This document shows positions 52,283 to 61,500 of a stretch of DNA of 64,000 nt, piece by piece (the stretch's first letter is position 1; every line of letters starts with the position of its first letter). This stretch comes from Naegleria gruberi (taxonomy: Eukaryota). A program made the position numbers and the translations under genes. The DNA lies in assembly GCA_000004985.1 (NCBI GenBank), contig GG738856.1. The stretch is one strand, 5' to 3'. Below the pieces are notes generated by a model. It was not told the DNA's origin. It made no database searches and saw nothing but the letters and a program-made list of their open reading frames with translations.

Positions 52283-53206
52283 TTACCAGCTTTCAATTGT
52301 AGAAATCCAACCATGATCATTTAGAAATTTGAATTGTGAATCACATTCAAACTCTTCAGTGAAGTGTGATAACCATTTAGTTTTGTCAATGGCCACCAAT
52401 TCTGCAGCAGTTTTATATTTTCCATCATGTAATTGATAGGGCATTTGGAAATAGGCCAAAACTATAGCTTGAATATCCTTTCGAAAGCATCTCTTGAAAT
52501 ATTCCTTCCAAATTTTGACATTTGGTTCCAATTTATCATTTGACATTTTTTTCCATGCTTGGAGGAATGGACTGGCAATTCTCAACGAGTTGGAGGTATA
52601 TTTCAAAAATATAAATCTGCAAATTGGTAGGAAAAAGTAATTGGTAGCATGAGGGAAATGTTTAAATAAATAGAATGGGTCATATTCCATTAAATATCTA
52701 TTCGAAAGAGGATCTCTGCAAAGATAATAATTTTCAAGTAATAAATGCTTAAAATCCTCGAAATACCTTGGTCTTGCATGGAATTTCTCTAACATACCCG
52801 AACGATTTCTTTCCAAATCTTTCAAAATATAATAATGTTGCTGTTTACGAATGACTTTCATCAAAATTGTCGTTCTATTTTCAATGCAATTATTCTTTCC
52901 AACTTTTTCAAAATCATCGCTCAATTCCATGAAAGAATTATTCTTGAATTGTTTCCTCTTTGTCTTACTCAAGTTTCGTCTTAGATTTTGAAGATATTTC
53001 AATTGGATCATCCACACCCTGTAGGCTTCCGAACTTTTCAAAAATTCATAAACTAGTGATGAGGAAATCAGCAAATTACGTAAATCATCCAAATTGCAAT
53101 ACGAATAAATATCCAATATTAACTCTGTGGGGAGAGAAATTATACTGATCGTCATCTCGGAATTATTTTGTGATGATGAATGTTCAATAGCATCTTGTTG
53201 AGACAT
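52283..53206 (-). CDS. F-box-like hypothetical protein (307 aa)
   Basis: 'SLPTELILDIYSYCNLDDLRNLLISSSLVYEFL' is an F-box-like N-terminal motif. Confidence 0.4.
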   Translation of the reverse strand: MSQQDAIEHSSSQNNSEMTISIISLPTELILDIYSYCNLDDLRNLLISSSLVYEFLKSSEAYRVWMIQLKYLQNLRRNLSKTKRKQFKNNSFMELSDDFEKVGKNNCIENRTTILMKVIRKQQHYYILKDLERNRSGMLEKFHARPRYFEDFKHLLLENYYLCRDPLSNRYLMEYDPFYLFKHFPHATNYFFLPICRFIFLKYTSNSLRIASPFLQAWKKMSNDKLEPNVKIWKEYFKRCFRKDIQAIVLAYFQMPYQLHDGKYKTAAELVAIDKTKWLSHFTEEFECDSQFKFLNDHGWISTIESW

Positions 53207-53299
53207 TTTTTATTGATTTTTTAAATAGATAGATGAAATATAAATACCAACAATTGAAATAAGAATAATATTATTGGAGAGTTGTTTGATCATGATAAT

Positions 53300-54064
53300 T
53301 TATTCAAAAAGCTTTGGCCAAACCTTGACAATTTGTGTAATAACTTGAATGACTGGAATTCCTTCATTTGGTGGACCTTGTAATCCTTGTTCACAAACCC
53401 AACAAGCATTCCATCCCATATCAATAGATGCCATAATATTCTTTAAATTGTCATCAGCAAAGTAAATTTCCAATTGACCAGTAGCAACCATTTCCTTCCA
53501 ACTCAATTGATGTTGATCACATGAACCACTTGGAAGACCTGAAAGTTCAGCAGCCAATTCATAAGAGTGTGGATGAGGTTTCACAGAAAGGTCCAAATCT
53601 TCATAACAAACAACCTTATCAAAAAGTTCAGTGATTCCCAAATGATCCATCAATCTATTAGCATGTTTAGAATCAGAATTTGTGAATAAAATCAACTTGT
53701 CAATATTTGTTTTCAATTTTGAAATCATTGCATGCAATTCAACATCATTCTTGGTCACTCCATCCAATCCAAAACCCGAATGTACATAATGATAAAAAGT
53801 CAAAGGATCAACATCATATCCCTCATGAATTAATCCTCTCAGAGTTGTTCCGTGTTGTAAATATAAATTAATACTCTTTTCCATTGGATTTTCAATTGCT
53901 AAAACTTCACTCAAATATTGTGCAATACGATCCCTCACACACATTTACATTTGAACTCTTTGGATACAAACAATCATCCAAATCAAAGAAAAAATATCGG
54001 AGTGGTCGATTCTTGTTGGTGCTCTCGGAGGATGATGAAATTTCTGTGGTGGATGGTTGAGACA
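53300..54064 (-). CDS. HAD-superfamily hydrolase, SDT1-like pyrimidine 5'-nucleotidase
   Basis: Track ORF 53300-53944 has HAD motifs 'LILFTNSDSKHANRLMDHLGI' and 'FDKVVCYED...KPHPHSYELA'. Motif I 'RYFFFDLDDCLYPKSS' (compare yeast SDT1 FFFDIDNCLYKSS) is encoded just upstream and reaches an ATG at 54064. Whether it is contiguous in frame is ambiguous because of a 1-nt disagreement between my reading and the ORF track at about 53941. Confidence 0.55.
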
Positions 54065-54467
54065 TTTTTTTTTAAAGTTGAAAAAGATTCTTGAATAATA
54101 ACCCACCACGATTTGATATATTTAAGTAATTAGTTGTTATCTATGCGTATCAGAGAATGAATTTAATTGAAGTCTGACTGGTGAAGTGTGGACCAAATTC
54201 ATAATTTGAATGTCATTGTAAAACTATCAATGTTAAACGTGAATTTTTACAATGCCAATCACATCCAAAACCTTCTTCGATTTCAAATCTTCACAACCAT
54301 GGCAATCACTGCACTAATAAGAAGAAAAACTTTAAAAAGGTTCTTTCACTTTTTAAATTTAAAAAAAAATTTAGAAAAAAATTTAACGGCTAGTTTCATT
54401 GTTTCCCTCCTTTGATATCAAACCCTTATCATCATCACACAACAATATTGATAATATTAATCTAAAG

Positions 54468-56282
54468 ATGCCACTCCCAGAAAAAGTTCGTAGATATACC
54501 TTCTACATTCTCGGAGGAGCCATCTGCCTAGCAATGACCAGTTTGATTTTGTATAACAATTATATTCTGATAGAACCACATTTACATACATTGTTCTGGA
54601 GTTTGTGTACGAGTATTCTACTGACCAAAGTAAAACAACCAATCAAGGCTTTCCTGGAGGGTTTCACCTCGGGGGTGAATATCAAACTTCGATTTGTCTT
54701 TCATTTGTTTTTCTGGGGGAATTACTTGTACTTCCTGGTGTACTTTTTGATGAGATGGTACACGTATAATGTTTCGGAGAGATTTGTGTTTACCATTTCG
54801 TTTATTATTGTTGGTGTGATTCTAATGTCGCCTTTTATATTGTCGGCTGATACACTGTCGACTATTATTGCAATGATATTGGCTTCATTTGTGTTGATTT
54901 CGATTACATTGTTGGTTGCTAGGACTGGTTATATGGAAAGTATGAAGGCAAGGTTTGTTTTTTCATTATTTCACTATTTTAATTATTGAATTTAATTGAC
55001 TTGTGCCTTAAATGATTAATTGTTCACATGTTTGTGAAATTCTATTTAATTAATGGTTAAATTATTGAAATATTAGCTCTGTAATTAAGGAATTTATTGA
55101 AAAGAATAAGGAAGTATTTCTAGAAAGTATGAATAACTATAAGGAAAACATAATCCCTCAAAATGTCACTGATATTAGTATCAAATCAGATAATGTAACG
55201 GTGTGGAAAACAGCTGAACGGTATTGTGACTTTATGCTGGGAGTAGCCAATAGTCAGTACGACTTTGTGAAAAATGTCACAAATCTAATTCATACCAAAA
55301 ATACGACAAATGACTCTATTGAGACGATATTGGGACCAAAGTTCTGTAAGAGTCAGGTTATGTACTTTCAAGATAATTTATACTCATTCATTCAATATGT
55401 ATTGAACTGGATGACTTCTAATATTAGTGTATTTGGCTACACACTTCAATCATTCTTCCAAACTCTGGTTGACTTGATTTCAAACTTTAAGGATTTTGTC
55501 TTTTCCTCCTTTATATTTATTTTATTTGTTTTCTACTTTGTTCAGAATGATGAATTCTTTATTGATAGCATGAAACGAATTTCACCACTCACTGAAGAAG
55601 AATCCACCATTCTCATTGACAGTATTGATACAAATATCATCAAAACTCTTTATTATTTATGCACGTTTGCCATTTGCAATTTTATAGTCACTACCTTGTC
55701 ATTCTATATTGTTGGCTTTGAAATTATTTTCATTTTTGGTATGTGTGTAATTATTTCAATAATTAATTACTTAAATTTTTATAATATTATTTCAATATTT
55801 TAAATTGAATTTAATGGAATAATTTGAAAATAGGTTTCTTGTCTGCATTCTTGTCAGTCATTCCAATTATTAGCAATTGGATTATTTGGATTCCTGCCAC
55901 AATCTTTGTCCTCTCGAGAGATGGTATCATTAGCTCCAATTGGATCATTATCTTTGCATCTCACATTTCACTCTACGTGATTGATAATATCATTTACACA
56001 AACTTTTTCAAGAAGCAACACCCAACCATGTTGGGAGTTTCCATTTTGTTAGGTGTATATGTTTTCAATCATTCAGGAATTATCAAGGGTCCTTTGTTTA
56101 TTACATTGGGAATGACATTTTTTGACATTGCCACAAAATATATCAATAAGGATAAGAAGGAAGATGGAGAAGATTCAGAAGGTGGAGGTTCTGGTTTGAG
56201 ACATCATCGTTCAAAGAGTTTCTTTGATTTGATTGCAGAAGATTGGAGCAGTATCAAATATGAAGATGATTCCAAAAAGTAA
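54468..56282 (+). CDS. AI-2E/TMEM245-like polytopic membrane protein encoded by three ORF blocks (54468-~54952, ~55090-55738, 55834-56282)
   Basis: All three blocks are highly hydrophobic multi-TM sequence. The second intron, 55739-55833, runs GTATGT...AAAATAG and joins in phase (G|GT = Gly). The first intron, about 54953-55089, runs GTTTGT...AATTAAG, but its exact donor is uncertain. The last block, 'FLSAFLSVIPIISNWIIWIPATIFVL...ITLGMTFFD', is the AI-2E family core. Confidence 0.5.
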
Positions 56283-56603
56283 TAAATTCAATGAAATCAT
56301 AACAAGTTGATTTGTTACATCGCACCAATTTCTAGTTATATCTTTCCAAGATGATAACAACAAAACCATCCATAGATTTTAAAGAATTAAATTTATTTTC
56401 CAAATGTATTTACCTAAATTTCACCACTATTATATAATACAAATCCTCATCCATTATTATTTGAAATCCCAATATGATGAATGATTCATACAAACGCGTT
56501 GAATAGATATAATAATAATGATGAAAATTTTATCTTCATCATTACAATTATCCAAACAACAATATCGTAAAATTAGTGATGATGAAAAAAGAGGGAGAAA
56601 GAA

Positions 56604-57140
56604 TTATTGGGAGGTAGTAGTAGCGTCGGTGGATGGAGTAGATTTCTTTTGATTAACAAGTTCTTCAAAATGTTGCTTTGGAACCTTTTCTGGGGCGTAG
56701 GCCAAAGTAGAAACATCCTTGTGTTCTGGGTTGAAGAAATGTCCTGGAGGATAGTGTCTCTTTTCTGGTTCACCAGTATAGTTTGGAGTGTGTGTTGGTC
56801 TGACACCAAATCCTTTTCTATTAGTTTCAGCTTCCGTTGGTGGTTCTTCTCTCAATCTATGAATCCACATATGCCATTCAGCTGGAATATCAGAGGCATC
56901 ATAAATTCTATCCTTACGAGCAAGCTCCACCCAACGTCCTCTGTTAAGTTCTGTTGGTAGTGTTGTTTGCCAATAAGTGTTTCCAAATTTATCTTTACCA
57001 ACAAGTTGTTTATCACCCTTTTCCCACCAAACTTCTCTGAGAACGTAGGCCTTTCTCAAGGTTTCCCTCCAGCCAAGAGTCTTGATGTCGTTCCAAAGCG
57101 AAACTTTAGCTAACCAGAATCCTCTAAAATAATTGGACAT
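56604..57140 (-). CDS. NDUFA12: Complex I subunit NDUFA12 (B17.2)-like protein
   Basis: 'LVGKDKFGNTYWQ' and 'IPAEWHMWIHRLREEPP' match NDUFA12 'LVGEDKYGNKYYE' and 'PPEWHRWLH..TDDPP'. Confidence 0.6.
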   Translation of the reverse strand: MSNYFRGFWLAKVSLWNDIKTLGWRETLRKAYVLREVWWEKGDKQLVGKDKFGNTYWQTTLPTELNRGRWVELARKDRIYDASDIPAEWHMWIHRLREEPPTEAETNRKGFGVRPTHTPNYTGEPEKRHYPPGHFFNPEHKDVSTLAYAPEKVPKQHFEELVNQKKSTPSTDATTTSQ

Positions 57141-57551
57141 TTTTTTATCTGATTTGTATTTTATTATTTTTTTAAAAATATTAAAAATATTATCTTCACA
57201 TGTGTGAGATTGTAGTAAGCAAGAAGCTTATTCATTGTGTGTTTATTTGTTGGAAAGGAATGTTCTTCTATTGGGAATGCGATGGATGAAGATTTAGTTG
57301 AAGTAGATTCACGGAAGAAATTTAAAGAAATTTACTTGGGCAAAGCTTTAAAAAGTAATAGTTATTGATGATGATTTGGTAACTTTAATAAGAATTTCAA
57401 TAATTCATACTATTACTATCTTCTTGAGGATACTTTCAATTATTTGATGATAATTTTCTAAAAAGTTATCAGTTGAGCATGATGATGATAGCATTATGAT
57501 TCGGAATAAATACTTTGAATTAGCTATTCGATTCAAATTTGAATATCATCA

Positions 57552-57896
57552 TTACCACAACCATCCAAAGAGGGAGAAAGAAGAGGATGACGAGGATTTT
57601 GAACTTTCTCCATTCAACTTGTCCAACTTCTTATTATTTTGTTTGAGTTTGAAAGAGGCCTTTTCTACACCTTCTTCAATTTCTTCGAGGGTTGTTGTTT
57701 GATCATCCAATTCATTACCTATTGCTGTGGCAATATTCTTGACTCTTACCACGGAATTGTACAATCGATCGAGTTGTTCATCTTGACGATCTCTATGGGC
57801 TTTTTGAATTTTCAAATATTCTTCATAGTTAGAAGGAATGGTTTTTGAGGTAGTTGACAGATTGTTTTGGTTGGTAGAGGAAGATACTTTTGACAT
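57552..57896 (-). CDS. Small SNARE-motif protein (Bet1/Sft1-like Qc-SNARE)
   Basis: Heptad SNARE motif 'QLDRLYNSVVRVKNIATAIGNELDDQTTTLEEIEEGVEKASFKLKQNNKKL' with a short hydrophobic C-terminus. Confidence 0.4.
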   Translation of the reverse strand: MSKVSSSTNQNNLSTTSKTIPSNYEEYLKIQKAHRDRQDEQLDRLYNSVVRVKNIATAIGNELDDQTTTLEEIEEGVEKASFKLKQNNKKLDKLNGESSKSSSSSSFSLFGWLW

Positions 57897-58116
57897 TTTA
57901 TTTGGAATGTTTATTGGAATGAGTGAACCTCATTAAATTCAATTTTCTAATTTATTTTTAGCTTACAACGGTCAATGGAACTCATTAACAACGATTAACC
58001 ACAACAAATAAAGGATAAGGAATAGAGAAAATACTTCTTGAGAAAAATAATAATTAAAATCTTCACACATGATGTTAGATTAGAGAATTTTATTATTTTA
58101 ATAGTAAAAATGTGAA

Positions 58117-58480
58117 GGGGTCTTGGCGCAGTCGGTATTATTAATAGATTTTAGGGTAGGTAACGCTCTCAATCTACCTCAACGTAACTTTAAATATAAA
58201 CTTTAAATATATTTTTAGAAAGGGTGGTTTGCGCTCTCAACTACTGTTACTCTTTCAGGTACTGTTGCTATTTCAACTACTGTTGCTCTTTAATGTACTG
58301 TTGCTATACTTTACATTGAATTGAATTTATTGATCAATTATTTCAACTTTTGAAGATTTCTTACTATTAATAATGTTATTTTTAGAGGGTGGGTTGCGCT
58401 TTAAGTAGGTCAACGCTTTAAGGCGGTAGCGCGTAGGTCTCATAATCCTAAGGTCGTGAGTTCGATCCTCACAGACCCCA
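58117..58480 (+). tRNA. tRNA-Met(CAU, elongator-type) gene interrupted in the D-loop by a 291-bp insertion. The 5' part is 58117-58136, the 3' part 58428-58480.
   Basis: GGGGTCTTGGCGCAGTCGGT + AGCGCGTAGGTCTCATAATCCTAAGGTCGTGAGTTCGATCCTCACAGACCCCA reconstitutes a perfect 72-nt cloverleaf: acceptor GGGGTCT/AGACCCC, anticodon loop CTCATAA, T-loop TTCGATC. It is near-identical to eukaryotic elongator tRNA-Met and is followed by a T7 terminator. The two parts are separated by 58137-58427. Confidence 0.65.
58137..58427. other. 291-bp insertion inside the tRNA-Met D-loop (small non-autonomous element or non-canonical intron) with internal repeats
   Basis: Three copies of a roughly 30-bp motif TTTTAG(A)GGGT[AG]G[GT]T..CGCT[CT]T[CA]A at 58149, 58216 and 58378; four tandem roughly 18-bp units '(c/g)tactgttgct.t.t' at 58236-58312. 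'CGGT'/'GGT' is repeated at both junctions, possibly a target-site duplication. Confidence 0.45.
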
Positions 58481-58482
58481 AC

Positions 58483-58489
58483 TTTTTTT
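58483..58489 (+). terminator. Pol III T-run after the tRNA-Met 3' end
   Basis: TTTTTTT two nt after the discriminator base. Confidence 0.6.
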
Positions 58490-58572
58490 ACATTTTTTTT
58501 TATTATAATTGCCAACATTATTTCAACAAGCTAAAAATACTATTGTATTTCCATCTTTCCAAACTTAAAAAA

Positions 58573-61500
58573 ATGTCTAAACAACCTCAAGCCAAACAAG
58601 TCCTTGCCATTGTAGAAAAGATCGGAACAAAGATCGCCATTGCTAATGGAGGCAAGAGTTTGGAAAATCTTTTGGATAATCATCTCGTTCAATTGTTGAC
58701 CCTGTTGGGTTTTCCAGAGGCTTCTGTGAGGAATAAAGTTATTGAAGTTTTGAGTAATACTGTAAATAAGAGAGTCAAACTTGAATCAACAACAATTAAA
58801 TTGCCATTTGGTAAGATTTTGGAATTGTTTCAAAAGGAAATATCAAATTCTTTTATTAAGAATTTTGCTGTAATATATCTGGATATGGGATTCCCTCAAT
58901 TGTCACCAAGTGAAATGACTGAATATTTACCAACATTCTTCCAAGTACTTCCATTATTGAATTCCAATCCAAGCGACAATACATCAGTCTCTAACAAACA
59001 GCATCAAGCAATGTTTCTAAGATTTATTGTGGAAGCTGTTTGCAATCTAACCTATCCAGAAAAGGAGGAGGATGCATTGGAAAAGTTTCAGGAAATTAGA
59101 AATTGTGGAACATCTACATTGGACATTTTTATTGACTTTGCCATAGATTTCATGCTATATAAACCATCCCAGAAATCCGTCGGAAGTATGCAAACAATCT
59201 ATCCTAATGGCTTGAATGTTATCAAAATTAAGAGAATTTTGGGAAGTAGGGAAACTATCGAAGCTCAAGAACTTCAAAAACGAAAGATGAACCTTTTGGA
59301 ATTCTTTACAAAGAGTGCATGCTTTTCAGAGAATCAACAATTTCTCGTTCTAGTGATTGGTATGTCTCAACAAGAGTCAACTGATCAATTGGGATCAAGA
59401 TGTGAAGTTCTCATCAAGAAGCTTTCCCCAGACTATGAGGAACCAACCTTCATTCAAAAGCTCTTCTCCATATATTTGGGAGATTCTTCGAATGGTATTT
59501 CTCAAGCATCTCTTCCTCTCAAGTATAAGATTTTATCTTATTTATGCAAGTCTACACTGGCAGCCAATCACTTCCCTCAAACTCACCTCGTACTAATGGA
59601 TTCTCTTTTCAGTGAATATGCTGGAATGAAACTGAGAGGATTTGGTATGCAATTTTTCATGTGGGTCATTCAAGAAGGAACAGCCATTGAACAAGAATAC
59701 GGCTCAGAAGTATTCAGATCCATTTTATCAAACATTTCACGATTGTCTTCATCAACCAATTCTTCGACATTCTCCATGAATGAAATTGCCATGTTGAAAG
59801 AGAATATGTATACAGCTCTAGGTAGTTTTGCAAGAAAATTCCCTCACTTTGTTATGGACAGATTTGATTTAGTGGAGAGATATTTTGATGCTATTGCATT
59901 CGAAGATACAAGAATTCGTGTTGCCATCTTGCAAGGTCTCTCCAATTTAATTTATGCTTTCAAAGTTAATTTTATGAATAATTCTGAAGAGGAAACTAGA
60001 GCTGTTCGTGTTAGATTTGAAAACTTATTCTATAGTTGGGTTGTTGAGAGAAATACAGGCTTAAGTGATCTTTTGACTGGAAAATCTACTCATCAAAATA
60101 TGCAACTCTCTGCTAAATCAGCTGTAAACTCAGCTGTTTTGAGATGTGCCAACAGTTTATTCCCATTTGATAATGTAGTTTCTAGGTTTTTATGTTTATT
60201 CTGCACAGCTGGAGGATTTGGATCTGGTGATAATGTCTCCTTGAGCCACCAAATCAGAGAGGAATGTTTAAAAGGAACAGATTTGGATAAATTCACAAAG
60301 GCAAGACAATTGGATCACTGGGTTATTAACAAGAAGGGTTCAGATAGCAGTGAAAGCTCAGAAGAAAATGTGAACAAGCTTCCAATGTTTCTTACTGTCA
60401 AGTTTAGTTTCCCAACTTTTAAATCAGTTGTTGGATATATTTTTGATTTCATGACCAAGTTTGATCCAGCCATAACCAAGTCCAACACTATGCCTGCCCT
60501 GAACAAGATTGTTGCTCCTTCTGCACACTCAGCAATGATCAAGTTTTGCTTTGACTGTCTAGCAGAAGAATGTAAATTACAAAATGTTTCCATGTTGGAA
60601 AGAATTGAGAAAATGTCACAAGAAATGCTTGATGACAATGTCAAGGATGACTTTGAAAAATTCTTATACGTTATTGAAAAATCATTCGATGATAAGGTAT
60701 TGCTCTACTCTGGAACAACCTCCAATGCTACAGAATTATTGTTAGAAGCTTCTGAAACTTTGCTTAGACTCCTTCTTTCATTGAAAGACAAACCAGATTA
60801 TGTCAAGTATATTTCTAGAAGATTTAGCTTCTTGCTCGATGAAAAGGGTCCATTCCTTTTTGATTTAATGCTGGGAAGTTATAATGATATTGCCAGAGAG
60901 AAATTCTCTAAATTTATTGCCCTTCTCTTTATCTTTATTCGTCAAGATCCAGAAAAGTCATCCCAATGTGAAAAACTTATAGGAATTTGGAAAGATTACA
61001 TTGAAAAGCAATTCGGCAACGCTAACACGATGTCTGATCATAAGGGTGAAGTATGCGCTCTTGGAAGCATCTTGACTTTGGGTAGTATTATCAGTCTTAA
61101 TTATGCTTCTCAATCCTCATCATCAACAGAGCCATACTTGTTGGATGCATTCAAACTTATTTTAAGTATTTTGAGTAAGATTCCATTGACAAACTTGAGA
61201 GAACCTCTTCACCAAGCTTGTTATTTGGCTGTTGGTGAAATGGGATATAGTGGAGTTTTGCAAGACTACTTCGCAAATTATTTCACCCCAACCATTGATG
61301 AATTACAATTTGAGGTTAGTGCAACTCTTCCATCGAAGGAAATTAACTCTATGGATGATTTGGTGACCTTATTTGTAAAACTTGTTGAAAGATATGCATC
61401 ATCCACTCGTCAAAAGAACTCATCAACAACTAATGAAAAGATTTTAGAAAGATTGATTATAACTGTAGGAAAAGTTTGTGTTGGATCTAATAAGAATAAT

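Noticed and set aside
53930-54960. One-nucleotide disagreements between the displayed sequence and the ORF-track proteins at two line starts. Near 53941 the track implies ...ATGTGTGTGAGG (MCVRD) where I read ...AATGGTGTGAGG. Near 54901 the track implies ATT TCG ATT (ISI) where I read ATTTGATT, with a compensating extra T about 59 nt later.
   Set aside because: Both sit exactly at printed line boundaries and are compensated within the same 60-nt line. Numbering on both sides agrees with the track. This looks like a formatting or transcription artefact on one side, or my misreading, not biological frameshifts. I used the track proteins for the TMEM245-like gene. For the HAD gene I only noted that motif I lies upstream of the track ORF.
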